From an uncultured Candidatus Saccharibacteria bacterium (GTDB taxonomy: Bacteria > Patescibacteriota > Dojkabacteria > CAZCSM01), in the NCBI GenBank assembly GCA_964501355.1, contig CAZCSM010000002.1:5884-69883 (forward strand): DNA of 64,000 bases, given 5' to 3'. The notes below the pieces were generated by a model, which was not told the origin of the DNA, made no database searches, and saw only the letters and a program-made list of their open reading frames with translations. Within the stretch, counting starts at the first letter, position 1. Every line of letters starts with the position of its first letter. The position numbers and the translations under genes are program-made. Shown piece after piece: positions 18,826 to 28,607 of the stretch.

Positions 18826-19197
18826 CTATCTTGTGGCACAGTTGTTTACTGATGATTGTACGGACGATAAAGCCATTTTTAATTCATTAGTATCTGCTTT
18901 CAGCCCGTTCAAGTCCTTCCCTAGGTCTGCTACATCCATTTGTAATCTAGAGACATCTTTGCGAGATTCATTAGTATCTACTCTTAATCCAGCTACATCA
19001 CGTTTCAATTCCGTGCTGTCTGATTGTAATCCGCTTATGTCGGTTCTCAACCCACCTATTTCTCTTTTCAGTTCTGCCGTATCAGTTTTCAAGCCAGTAA
19101 GATCGTTTGCAATTGTAGCGATATTCTTGTTAATTTCATCAAAGTCTTGTTGAAGAGCCTTTTGTATTAAGATTGCGTCGTCTTTTGTAAGTGCCAT
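18826..19197 (-). CDS. small heptad-repeat coiled-coil protein (about eleven tandem 7-aa units, consensus x-x-G-L-K/R-x-D)
   Basis: LTGLKTD TAELKRE IGGLRTD ISGLQSD STELKRD VAGLRVD TNESRKD VSRLQMD VADLGKD LNGLKAD. Confidence 0.55.
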   Translation of the reverse strand: MALTKDDAILIQKALQQDFDEINKNIATIANDLTGLKTDTAELKREIGGLRTDISGLQSDSTELKRDVAGLRVDTNESRKDVSRLQMDVADLGKDLNGLKADTNELKMALSSVQSSVNNCATR

Positions 19198-19328
19198 TTT
19201 TTAGATTAATCTGAGTATGTTGTTAGTTTATGATTTCATGACTCATAAAGCAAGGAAAACTTTATCTTTGTGATTGGTAAGATTATCTCGCGTTAGTAAT
19301 TTCTGCTTATTTTGAGAAACTGGAAAAC

Positions 19329-21107
19329 ATGTGCGGTATTTTTGGTTACGTTGGTGAAGGAAATGCTTCTGCCCAAATATTAAAGGGTTTGAAAAGATTA
19401 GAATATCGTGGATATGATTCTTGGGGAGTGGCCGTTTTGGATAAGAAGGAAAATGAAATAGATGTTTTTAAACAGGTCGGACCGATTGGAGAGGTTGTGG
19501 ATGTGAAGTCTTTAGATGGTGCTAAAATCGGGATTGGCCATACAAGGTGGGCAACGCACGGAGGTGTAACAGATGTTAACGCTCATCCTCATTTTTCCAC
19601 TGACGAAAGCTTCGTTTTAGCACAAAATGGCATTGTTGAAAACTATCAAGAATTAAAATCAAAATTGGAAAAACTCGGATATAAGTTTCAGTCACAAACT
19701 GATACAGAAGTAATTGTTCGATTGGTTGAAGAAAAGCTTAAGAATACACCTGATTTGCGTCAAGCTATTCGTTTGGCATTTTTAGATTTGGAAGGCAGGA
19801 ATACAATAATCGTTTTATCAAAAGCTGATAACCAGCTAATTGCAGTGAGAAACGGATCTCCTCTTGTTGTGGGTGTAGGAAAGAATGAATTCTTTTTTGC
19901 ATCAGACACTTTATCATTTTCTGATAGAACAAATGATGTCATTTATATCAATGACAATCAAATGGTTGAGTATATTGATGGAAAAATAAAATTGTCGGAT
20001 GTAAAGAATGATAAAAATCTTAAATATAAAGTTGTGAAGTTGGATCATGGAGATGTTACTGTTGATAAGGAGGGTTTTAAACATTTTATGCACAAGGAGA
20101 TTTGCGAGCAATCATATACAATTAAAAATGCAGCAAGATATGATTTGGAAGAGATTCAAGAATTTGTAGATGTAATCAAATCGGCGGATAGAGTTTATAC
20201 AGTAGGTGCAGGAACTGCCAGTTATGCAGCAGGACAGATTGCTTATTTTCTTCGAACAGTTGCTGGTATAAATGCAACTGAACTTCGATCTTATGAACTT
20301 AGCGGGTATGAAAAATTGTTCAAACCAAATGATGTTTTAATAGCAGTTAGTCAAAGTGGAGAAACTGCAGACACTGTAGAGACAATTGAGATTGCGAAAA
20401 GCAAAGGTGTAAAAATAGCAAGCATTGTTAATATGCTTGGCTCAACGATAACACGACTTTCTGATTATCCATTTTTTCTCCGCTCGGGTCCTGAAATTAG
20501 TGTGGTTTCCACAAAAGCTTTTACAGCAATGTGCTCATGGGGAATTATGCTTGCTTATGCAGTTAAAGGTGATATTGAGAAAGGAAAGAAATCAATTAAC
20601 AAATTAGGGGTTGCTTTGGAAAAATATTTCAAAAAAAACGAAGATAGGGAAAATTGGGAAGAATTGGTTCAAAAAGTGAAAGGTGTTAATACGGCATTCA
20701 TTCTTGGAAAAGGACAGAATTTTTACATCGGATTGGAGGGGGCTTTGAAATTAAAAGAAACTGCATATAGACATGCGGAAGGCTTTGCTGCAGGAGAATT
20801 GAAACATGGAGTAATTGCATTAATAGAAAAGGGAACACCTGTTTTCGTGATTGTTTCAGAAGATGAACATAAGAATGATATTTTGAGTGCGGCCGCTGAA
20901 GTCAAAGCCAGGGGTGCATATTTGGTAGGTATTGCGAAAGAGGAGAATGAGTTGTTTGATTTTTGTATAAAAATTGAAGATGCTGGGATTGCGGATTCTA
21001 TAGCAAATATTATTCCATTTCATTTGCTGGCGTATCATTTGGCGGTTGAGCTGGGATATTCTCCTGATAAGCCAAGGAATTTGGCGAAGAGCGTGACGGT
21101 GAAATAG
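19329..21107 (+). CDS. glmS: glutamine--fructose-6-phosphate aminotransferase
   Basis: MCGIFGYVG N-terminal nucleophile Cys start, two SIS domains, 592 aa. Confidence 0.85.
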   Translation: MCGIFGYVGEGNASAQILKGLKRLEYRGYDSWGVAVLDKKENEIDVFKQVGPIGEVVDVKSLDGAKIGIGHTRWATHGGVTDVNAHPHFSTDESFVLAQNGIVENYQELKSKLEKLGYKFQSQTDTEVIVRLVEEKLKNTPDLRQAIRLAFLDLEGRNTIIVLSKADNQLIAVRNGSPLVVGVGKNEFFFASDTLSFSDRTNDVIYINDNQMVEYIDGKIKLSDVKNDKNLKYKVVKLDHGDVTVDKEGFKHFMHKEICEQSYTIKNAARYDLEEIQEFVDVIKSADRVYTVGAGTASYAAGQIAYFLRTVAGINATELRSYELSGYEKLFKPNDVLIAVSQSGETADTVETIEIAKSKGVKIASIVNMLGSTITRLSDYPFFLRSGPEISVVSTKAFTAMCSWGIMLAYAVKGDIEKGKKSINKLGVALEKYFKKNEDRENWEELVQKVKGVNTAFILGKGQNFYIGLEGALKLKETAYRHAEGFAAGELKHGVIALIEKGTPVFVIVSEDEHKNDILSAAAEVKARGAYLVGIAKEENELFDFCIKIEDAGIADSIANIIPFHLLAYHLAVELGYSPDKPRNLAKSVTVK

Positions 21108-21169
21108 TGTAGAGTTATTGAATTGCTGTAATAATTTATTCTATGTCATAATCAGTTGATTTGTTTAAT

Positions 21170-21390
21170 GTAAGTAAATTACAAATTACAAATAACAAAT
21201 AAATCTCAAATCACAAATTCAAAATACCAAACAATACACACTACTGTTATTAACAAGATTATTTAGATTCGTTCTTGATACTTCTACAACCTCAGTACAA
21301 GTTTTTGAATTTTGGTAATTTTTAGTGAGCTCATCAAACTATTGTAATTTGTTTGGAAATTGAAATTTGGAATTTGATGCTTAACCACAA
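21170..21390. repeat. AT-rich modular inverted repeat pair upstream of GT2 gene (modules caaat/ccaaacaat ... atttgtttggaaattgaaatttggaatttgatgctt), no ORF between the arms
   Basis: right arm 21345-21390 matches arms at 42055-42100 and 45960-46000; left arm is a degenerate reverse copy. Confidence 0.5.
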
Positions 21391-21504
21391 TTTGTCGAGT
21401 TTTTGATTTTTTGTTTTAATTCATGTGTCCAACCAGAACATAAGCTTTTTGGAAAAAGAATTCTAGTGTATTATGTAAGAGGTTTTACTTTGAGATAAAT
21501 TGTT

Positions 21505-22434
21505 TTGGACTTATCAATAATCATATTAAATTGGAATAATAAGGGGGTCATTTTTGACTGCCTTGGTTCTGTTTTTCGGGAAATTGAAAATCTCGATGCG
21601 GAAGTTATTGTTGTGGATAATGGTTCGACTGACGGAAGTTTAGAATTAATAAAAAAGAATTATCAAAAAGTTGTTTTAATTGAGAATAAAGAAAACTTTC
21701 TTTTCGCTAAAGGTAATAACCAAGGCGTTGGAAAAGCAAAGGGCAAGTGGATAATGACACTTGGTTCAGATACGATTATTCAGAAAGATGCGATTAAATT
21801 GCTTTTAGACAAAGCAAAAAGCCTGTGTCACCCTGAGCCTGTCGAAGGGTCTAGCGATAGCGTTCCTTTGTGCAAAACAATTCTTGCTCCACAACTTATT
21901 TCCAAATCCGGTTCTGTTTTACTTTCTTGTCGTAAAATTCCAACTTTTTGGAATATGGCGAAATATATGGTTTATTCTTTTTTCGTTCGTCATTTTGACA
22001 CAAAGAATGTTTTTTGGGGTGAATATCGTATGGTTGATTGGAATCATGATACAGAAAGATTCGTAGAACAACCCGAAGCTACTTGTTGGTTAGGCCAGAA
22101 ATCTTTTTTCGAATCAATCGGGGGTTTGTTTGACGAGGAATTTCCTCTTTACTTTAATGATGTAGAAACGGCGATTCGAGTAAAGAAAGCAGGTGGTAAA
22201 TTTCTTTTTTGTCCGGAAGCAAAAGTGGTTCATTTAGGTGGCCAGAGTACGAAGAATTGGAGTGAGAATAGATTGTGGTTGTTTAGAGAAGGATTATTGA
22301 GATTATATACTAAACATTATATTAAAATATGGTATGATTGGTTTGGATATTTTTTAATAAAATATGCAACGTGGGCTTGGGTTCAAGTTAAGAATATTAC
22401 AAAGTCGCAAAATACGACTTATGAAATCAAATAG
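21505..22434 (+). CDS. GT2-family glycosyltransferase (TTG start) carrying a probable in-frame repeat-derived insertion
   Basis: LSIIILNWNNKGV..VVDNGSTDGS GT2 N-terminus; segment SLCHPEPVEGSSDSVPLCKT encoded by hairpin-forming tgtcaccctgagcctgtcgaagggtc. Confidence 0.7.
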   Translation: MDLSIIILNWNNKGVIFDCLGSVFREIENLDAEVIVVDNGSTDGSLELIKKNYQKVVLIENKENFLFAKGNNQGVGKAKGKWIMTLGSDTIIQKDAIKLLLDKAKSLCHPEPVEGSSDSVPLCKTILAPQLISKSGSVLLSCRKIPTFWNMAKYMVYSFFVRHFDTKNVFWGEYRMVDWNHDTERFVEQPEATCWLGQKSFFESIGGLFDEEFPLYFNDVETAIRVKKAGGKFLFCPEAKVVHLGGQSTKNWSENRLWLFREGLLRLYTKHYIKIWYDWFGYFLIKYATWAWVQVKNITKSQNTTYEIK

Positions 22435-23143
22435 TAAGAAACAAAAATTTAATGAGGATGTAGTCGTCGTAATTCCCTGTTTTAATGAATCCGGGAAGAT
22501 TGGTGAAGTAATTAATAAAATAAAAAAAGAGGGTTTTTCTCGAATTGTTGTTGTGGATGATGGTAGTTTAGACAATACCTTCGAAGTTGCAAAAACCGCA
22601 GGTGCTATGGTTCTTAAACACTCGGTCAACAGAGGAAAAGGCGCAGCAACTCAAACCGGTCTGGATGCGGCGAAATTACTAAATCCTGATATTGTAGTAA
22701 CAATGGATGGTGATGATCAGCATGATACAAAAGACATTCAAAAAGTTGTTGATGAATTGATTTCAAAAAAAGTTGATTATGTCATTGGGAGTAGACTCTT
22801 GGATAAAAGCGGGATTACGTTTTCTCGTAGAGTTATGAATAAAATTGGAAACGTAGTTACGTTTATGTTTTACGGCGTTTGGGTTTCTGATTCTCAATCT
22901 GGTTTTCGTGCGTATAATAACAAAGCTTTGAAAGTGATTAACTCAACTTGCGATAGATATGAATTCGAATCAGACACTTTGGGGCAGCTTTATAAGGCAA
23001 AAATGACATTTTCTGAAATTCCTATTACGGTTCGCTACACAGAATATTCTTTGAATAGATACAAAGGTTTAAGCGTGCCAAGTCAAAACCTATTTAATGG
23101 TTTCAAGATGCTTTATAGAATGATAATTCGGGCAATTTTATAA
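22421..23143 (+). CDS. GT2-family glycosyltransferase, Dpm1/ArnC-like polyprenyl-phosphate sugar transferase
   Basis: VVVIPCFNESGKI...VVVDDGSLDNT...NRGKGAA motifs; start placed at ATG 22421 (MKSNSKK), overlapping upstream stop. Confidence 0.75.
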   Translation: MKSNSKKQKFNEDVVVVIPCFNESGKIGEVINKIKKEGFSRIVVVDDGSLDNTFEVAKTAGAMVLKHSVNRGKGAATQTGLDAAKLLNPDIVVTMDGDDQHDTKDIQKVVDELISKKVDYVIGSRLLDKSGITFSRRVMNKIGNVVTFMFYGVWVSDSQSGFRAYNNKALKVINSTCDRYEFESDTLGQLYKAKMTFSEIPITVRYTEYSLNRYKGLSVPSQNLFNGFKMLYRMIIRAIL

Positions 23144-23144
23144 T

Positions 23145-23495
23145 ATGAATGAATTCTTAACATATCAAATAATAATTTTTGGATTTTGTGCTTTACAAGC
23201 TCTCCGTAGTATTTGGAAATTAATTAAAGGGAAAATTGATTTTCGTGAATTATTGTTGGCGATAATAATTTGGAGTGGGTTTGCAACACTTGGTCTTTTT
23301 CCAAATCTTTCAACTGTGATTGGTAAATATTTAGGTTTTGAACTAGGTATTAACTTTCTGTTAGTTTCGGCTGTTTTGTTCTTATTATTCTCTACTTTCA
23401 GTCAAAGTTTAGAAAATGAAAAGACGAATAATACTGTTACGAAGCTAGTTAGACATTTGGCGATTGAGGAGTTTAGTCAAGGTTTAAAGAAATAA
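23145..23495 (+). CDS. small 3-4 TM membrane protein, DUF2304-like partner of Dpm1-like GT2
   Basis: 116 aa, hydrophobic helices; immediately follows the Dpm1-like GT2, as DUF2304 genes do. Confidence 0.45.
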   Translation: MNEFLTYQIIIFGFCALQALRSIWKLIKGKIDFRELLLAIIIWSGFATLGLFPNLSTVIGKYLGFELGINFLLVSAVLFLLFSTFSQSLENEKTNNTVTKLVRHLAIEEFSQGLKK

Positions 23496-23732
23496 TTTAG
23501 TTCATAATATAATGTGTGGTTATGGAATAGATTATAGTGATGTTGATTATACAGGCCCTTATGTTCCTTGGTCGGTTTTAATGGAACTTGCATTGAAAGA
23601 CCTTAATGTGTGTACGACGAATTTAGTCGTAGGTTTACCAAGAAATGATAAAGTTACTTTAGCTGCAATAGAAAATTCAGCTGACTGTGGCGTAACATGG
23701 TTTCCTGATTGCTAATTTATAAGTTTTCAAAA

Positions 23733-24674
23733 ATGATTGATTTAAAAAATAAAAAAATATTACTAACCGGTGGTTCAGGATTCTTGGGTTCATTTATTTT
23801 AGAAAAGCTTTTGGAGCGAGGATGTAAAGAGTCTGATATTACAATTCCGAGGAGTAAAGATTGTGATTTGCGTTTAATGGAGAATTGTAAGGAAAGTACC
23901 GAAGGACAAGATATTGTTATTCACCTTGCGGCAGATGTCGGTGGAATTGGTTATAACAGAGAAAATCCAGGATCTTTATTCTACAACAATTTGATGATGG
24001 GAACTCAGTTGATGGAGTCCGCGAGGCTATCTGGAGTAGAGAAATTCGTTGCAGTAGGAACAATTTGTGCTTATCCAAAATTTACACCAGTTCCATTTAA
24101 AGAAGAAGATTTATGGAATGGCTATCCCGAAGAAACAAATGCGCCTTACGGTTTAGCTAAGAAAATGCTTCTGGTTCAGTCTCAAGCATATCGACAGCAA
24201 TATGGATTTAATTCAATATTTTTGCTGCCTGTAAATTTGTACGGACCTAGAGACAATTTCAATCCGGAATCTTCCCATGTAATTCCTGCACTTATTAAGA
24301 AAGTTTATGATGCAAAAAAATCTAAATCCGATCATATAGAAGTTTGGGGGACAGGTAAGGCTTCAAGGGAATTTCTATATATTGAAGATGCGGCAGAAGG
24401 AATTGTTTTGGCAACTGAAATATATGACGGTAGTGAGCCGGCAAACTTGGGCGCCGGATTTGAAATAACAATCAAGGAGTTAATAGAATTAATTGTGGAC
24501 TTGATGGATTATAAGGGAAAAATAATTTGGGATGCATCAAAACCTGATGGACAGCCGAGACGATGTTTGGATGTTTCTAGAGCTGAGAAGTATTTCGATT
24601 TTAAGGCTAAAACAAAATTCAAAGAAGGTTTGAAAAAGGCAATTGGGTGGTATGAGAAGAATCCATATAAATAA
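23733..24674 (+). CDS. fcl: GDP-L-fucose synthase (GDP-4-keto-6-deoxy-D-mannose 3,5-epimerase/4-reductase)
   Basis: [27 protein letters not shown] and overall Fcl/WcaG-like sequence; start placed at ATG 23733 (MIDLKNKK). Confidence 0.8.
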   Translation: MIDLKNKKILLTGGSGFLGSFILEKLLERGCKESDITIPRSKDCDLRLMENCKESTEGQDIVIHLAADVGGIGYNRENPGSLFYNNLMMGTQLMESARLSGVEKFVAVGTICAYPKFTPVPFKEEDLWNGYPEETNAPYGLAKKMLLVQSQAYRQQYGFNSIFLLPVNLYGPRDNFNPESSHVIPALIKKVYDAKKSKSDHIEVWGTGKASREFLYIEDAAEGIVLATEIYDGSEPANLGAGFEITIKELIELIVDLMDYKGKIIWDASKPDGQPRRCLDVSRAEKYFDFKAKTKFKEGLKKAIGWYEKNPYK

Positions 24675-24691
24675 ACTTGTAAATTTTAAAA

Positions 24692-25513
24692 ATGAAAATA
24701 TCAATAGTAACACCAACTTGGAATCAGAAAAATTTTATTGAAAGAACAATTGAAAGTATCATTAAGCAAAAAGGAGATTTTGAGCTTGAGTACATTATTA
24801 TGGATGGCGGATCTACCGATGGCACTGTTGAAATTCTCAAAAAATATGAGCAAATTTTAAAAGACAAAAAATATTCTCATATTACTTACATTTGGAAATC
24901 TGAGAAGGATAAGGGACAAAGTGATGCTATTAATAAAGGAATGAAAATGGTGACGGGTGATATTGCTGCATTTATGAATTCTGATGATACTTACACAGAA
25001 GATACTTTTGCAAAAATCGTAGATGTATTTGAAAATAATTCTTCCGTAAGGTGGGTGTTTGGGAAAGTCAGAATTATAAACGAAAATGATCTTGAAATAA
25101 GTAAAGCCATTACTTTATACAAAAACATTCTCTTGAATCTACATTCGGTTCCACTTTTGCTTGCAGAAAATTACATTTCCCAACCTGCAACTTTTTGGCG
25201 AAGGGAAGTTCTTGATGAAGTTGGTTTGTTTAATGAAGAAGAGCATTTGGTAATGGATTATGAGTATTGGCTTCGAATTGTAACGAAATATGGAGATGGA
25301 TATTTTCTGAACGATTATCTTGCAAACTTTAGATATTACGACACTTCAAAAAGTGGAAGTCGATTTAAGGAGCAATTTAGAGATGAGCTTCGTGTAGCGA
25401 GGAAATACGGTATGAATTATCCTCTCTCGATTCTGCTTCACGAGTTTAATAGAATAAAGATTATTACGGCGTATACGGTGATAAATTTCGCAAAAAGGCT
25501 GATTAAAAAATGA
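24692..25513 (+). CDS. GT2-family glycosyltransferase
   Basis: KISIVTPTWNQKNFIERTIESI..IIMDGGSTDGT N-terminal GT-A motifs. Confidence 0.75.
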   Translation: MKISIVTPTWNQKNFIERTIESIIKQKGDFELEYIIMDGGSTDGTVEILKKYEQILKDKKYSHITYIWKSEKDKGQSDAINKGMKMVTGDIAAFMNSDDTYTEDTFAKIVDVFENNSSVRWVFGKVRIINENDLEISKAITLYKNILLNLHSVPLLLAENYISQPATFWRREVLDEVGLFNEEEHLVMDYEYWLRIVTKYGDGYFLNDYLANFRYYDTSKSGSRFKEQFRDELRVARKYGMNYPLSILLHEFNRIKIITAYTVINFAKRLIKK

Positions 25514-26607
25514 AAATACTTTTGGACCACCAAATCTTTACATTCCAGGATTATGGGGGGATTTCTCGCATTTATACCGAGCTCTACAAGATTTTTGAAA
25601 AGCAACAAGATGTTGAAATAGAAATGCCTATCAAATATTCCAACAATTTTTACTTAGAAGAGCTGGAAGATTTTCAATATAAAAACTTTAAGAAAATTCC
25701 TCATCCGATTGCAAATAAACTTTTCATCAAAACAGTTAACGATTTGCAAACCTGCAGAAAGCTTTTGAGAAATGATTTTGACATATTCCAGCCGACTTAC
25801 TACGATCCGTATTTCCTAAAATTTTTAAAAAAACCTTTCGTACTTTCTGTTTATGATATGACACATGAAATATTTCCCGAAGGCGTTTCTTCTCTAGACA
25901 GAACTATTCCATGGAAAAGAAAACTGTTAAAAAAGGCTTCAAGGATAATTGCAATTTCAGAAAGTACGAAGAAAGATATTGTAGAAATGTACAATGTTGA
26001 AGAATCAAAAATAGACGTTGTTTACCTTGCAACTTCTTTGAAGCTTGATGCGAATTATAAAACAGCTCTTAATTTGCCGAATAAATACATACTTTTCGTT
26101 GGAAATAGAAAAGGCTATAAAAACTTTGAGTTTTTCGTAAAGAGTATCGCAGAAATATTAAAATCCACAAAAGACCTGAATTTGGTTTGTGCGGGTGGTG
26201 GTGGATTTACTGAAATTGAAAAAGAACTTTTGGAAACTTTAGGGATAGAAAATAAGGTTCAGCAAATCTTTTTTAAAGACGATAAAGAGCTTGCATATAT
26301 TTATAATCATGCATTATGCTTTGTTTTTCCATCTAGATACGAAGGTTTTGGAATTCCGATTTTAGAAGGTTTCGCTTGTGAGGCACCGGTTCTTGCTAGC
26401 AATACGAGTTCTTTGCCAGAAGTTGGTGGAGATGCTGCATTGTATTTTGATCCTGAAGACTCTGTATCTTTAGTTTCGGCACTGGATAAGGTAATATCAA
26501 ATGATTCTTTGCGACAAGGGTTAGTTAAGAAGGGGACGGAAAGCTTAAAGGCTTTCTCGTGGGAGAAGACTGCGAAAGGATATTTGGATGTTTATTCATT
26601 AATTTAG
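25510..26607 (+). CDS. GT4-family (group 1) glycosyltransferase
   Basis: C-terminal EGFGIPILEGFACEAPVLASNTSSLPEVGGDAALYF retaining-GT motif; 4-nt overlap with upstream gene. Confidence 0.75.
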   Translation: MKILLDHQIFTFQDYGGISRIYTELYKIFEKQQDVEIEMPIKYSNNFYLEELEDFQYKNFKKIPHPIANKLFIKTVNDLQTCRKLLRNDFDIFQPTYYDPYFLKFLKKPFVLSVYDMTHEIFPEGVSSLDRTIPWKRKLLKKASRIIAISESTKKDIVEMYNVEESKIDVVYLATSLKLDANYKTALNLPNKYILFVGNRKGYKNFEFFVKSIAEILKSTKDLNLVCAGGGGFTEIEKELLETLGIENKVQQIFFKDDKELAYIYNHALCFVFPSRYEGFGIPILEGFACEAPVLASNTSSLPEVGGDAALYFDPEDSVSLVSALDKVISNDSLRQGLVKKGTESLKAFSWEKTAKGYLDVYSLI

Positions 26608-26623
26608 TTTAATAGTTAGCTTT

Positions 26624-27334
26624 ATGAAAAATTATTTGCAACATTTACAGCAACAGGGTGATAATGATGTTAGCCTAACAAGAAAGATTGAATATATAAA
26701 GCATAATTTTGGTAAATATCTTACAGAACTAAATAAGAAATCATCAGTTCTCTCGATTGGTCCCGGAATTGGAGCTTTAGAAGAATACATGAATTCTCGA
26801 GGAGTTAGCAATATAGATCTTATTGATAATGACGAGAATGTGCTTAATTTCATAAAAACAAAGTTTAAGGTTAACAATGTTTTCAAAACAGAGAATATTG
26901 CGGAAATAAAAAACAAGTTACAAAAGTATGATGCTATATTTTTGATTCAAGTTTTTGAACATATTCCTCAGTCTCAATATAAGTCGTTTTTGTATACTTT
27001 GGTTGATTGTTTAAAGAGCAATGGAAAAATATTTATAGTTGTGCCTAATGGTGGGAATCCTCTAAATTTATTAGAACGATATCATGATTTGCAACATGTA
27101 AGTTCTTTTACGGAAGATTCTTTGAAAGAGTTGCCTGATTTCTGTGAGATAACAGACGTTAAAGTTGAGGTAAGAAGTTTTGACATACCTCCTTACTCAA
27201 TTGTAAACTTAGCTCGCATTTTTATGCAAAAACTGCTTCATTGGATGATAATTTCTCTACTAATAATTAACGGTGGTGTATATCAGAAAATAATGGCACC
27301 AAACATCACTTTAATTATAAAGAAAAAGAGATAA
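26624..27334 (+). CDS. class I SAM-dependent methyltransferase
   Basis: motif I VLSIGPGIGALEE, motif II DLIDNDE, post-II DAIFLIQVFEHIP. Confidence 0.65.
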   Translation: MKNYLQHLQQQGDNDVSLTRKIEYIKHNFGKYLTELNKKSSVLSIGPGIGALEEYMNSRGVSNIDLIDNDENVLNFIKTKFKVNNVFKTENIAEIKNKLQKYDAIFLIQVFEHIPQSQYKSFLYTLVDCLKSNGKIFIVVPNGGNPLNLLERYHDLQHVSSFTEDSLKELPDFCEITDVKVEVRSFDIPPYSIVNLARIFMQKLLHWMIISLLIINGGVYQKIMAPNITLIIKKKR

Positions 27335-27371
27335 TGTCTGTGAAGCAGATTAATACTTTTCATAAAATAAT

Positions 27372-28607
27372 TTGAAAATTCTCTTGTTTAAAATAAAGTT
27401 ATTTTTATTTAATCCATTTGTAATTTCAATTGGATTTACAGTGCTTGCAAATCTTATCCAGGTTTTTGCATTTATGGCACAGAAAAATTTGGATGATAGC
27501 AACTTTTCTCTTTTGAATTGGGGGATATATGTTTTTACAATTCTAAACATTCCCTCTGAGTCATTAATTAAATGGGTCACAATTGAGCTTGGTAAAATAG
27601 ATATTGAAAAAAGAACAGATTATCTTATCACTATTGCCCGTAAATCTTTTGTTCCATTTTATCTAATGTTTTCAATAATATTTGCGGGAATATCTTTGCA
27701 GAAAAATTCTGATTTTACAATTGTTTCGATTTGTTTAATTTCTGCATTAATTGCTTTTTGGTCAATTTTCCCAAGAGCATATCTGAATGTAAGGGAAAGA
27801 TACTTAGAAATGAATTTGGTACTATTAACCATACCTGTAATTAGATTAATATTTACAGTTTTTTTTATAGCCAATGGTAATGTGGTCTTATTATTCTGGG
27901 GGCTTGTATTGTCTTCTATCATTGGTACTCTTTTATCATATGTTTTCCTATTTAATGATTTAGGGTTAAATTTGAAATACTTATTTAATAGCTTATCGAA
28001 TCAAAACTCTTTTCAATTTACAAATAAGATTTTAAACATAGTAGGGAATGTATTTTTACAAATAGCTTTAAGTACTTTTTGGCTTGTTGACGGTTTGGTT
28101 TTAAAGAATTTTCTGGGTGATTATGATTATAGCGTTTACGTTTCGTATTCATATATTTATAAATTTCCGATGTTTGCTGCAATCGGTGTGGCGCCTGTGC
28201 TTTTGGGTAAATCTGTTTTATCTGAAGCAAATAGAATTGAATTAAAGAAAACTTTACGAAAAAGCATTTTGATAATTTTTGGTTTGTTTGGAAGTTTTCT
28301 TCTAATAGAAATATTATTTGAAGGGAGATTACTAGAACTTTTGGGTTATACTAGATATTTTAAACAGGGATTTAGTTTTATATTTGGATTGGCGTGGCTT
28401 GTCCAGACTTTAGTATACTTTGTATTTACATATTTGTTGAAGATAAAAGCTAATCGGAAAACTTATGTTGCAATATTTTTATACAGCTTGAGTTTCATAA
28501 TTGGTTTGTACGTTTTTCGTGATAGTATATTTAGTGTAATGTGGTTTGTTTTAGGACAGGGATTATTTTTCATAATTGTTAATTTTGCCTTGTTGTTAAA
28601 GAAATGA
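27372..28607 (+). CDS. polytopic membrane protein, candidate Wzx-like oligosaccharide flippase (start uncertain: TTG 27372 or ATG 27474)
   Basis: ~12 hydrophobic helices over 411 aa inside a glycan cluster; no catalytic motif. Confidence 0.4.
   Translation: MKILLFKIKLFLFNPFVISIGFTVLANLIQVFAFMAQKNLDDSNFSLLNWGIYVFTILNIPSESLIKWVTIELGKIDIEKRTDYLITIARKSFVPFYLMFSIIFAGISLQKNSDFTIVSICLISALIAFWSIFPRAYLNVRERYLEMNLVLLTIPVIRLIFTVFFIANGNVVLLFWGLVLSSIIGTLLSYVFLFNDLGLNLKYLFNSLSNQNSFQFTNKILNIVGNVFLQIALSTFWLVDGLVLKNFLGDYDYSVYVSYSYIYKFPMFAAIGVAPVLLGKSVLSEANRIELKKTLRKSILIIFGLFGSFLLIEILFEGRLLELLGYTRYFKQGFSFIFGLAWLVQTLVYFVFTYLLKIKANRKTYVAIFLYSLSFIIGLYVFRDSIFSVMWFVLGQGLFFIIVNFALLLKK

Noticed and set aside
21505-21507. 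Use of the ORF-track start codons at face value
   Set aside because: Several track starts are non-ATG in-frame codons (TTG at 21505, 23709, 27372, 42162, 49485). Where an ATG with a sensible N-terminus followed closely, I moved the start (22421, 23733, 42165, 49512, 61992, 63721). At 21505 and 27372, TTG was kept for lack of a better option.
23512-23715. 67-aa ORF in the gap between the DUF2304-like gene and fcl
   Set aside because: No motif and no clear ribosome-binding site. It could be real, but I cannot support it from sequence alone.
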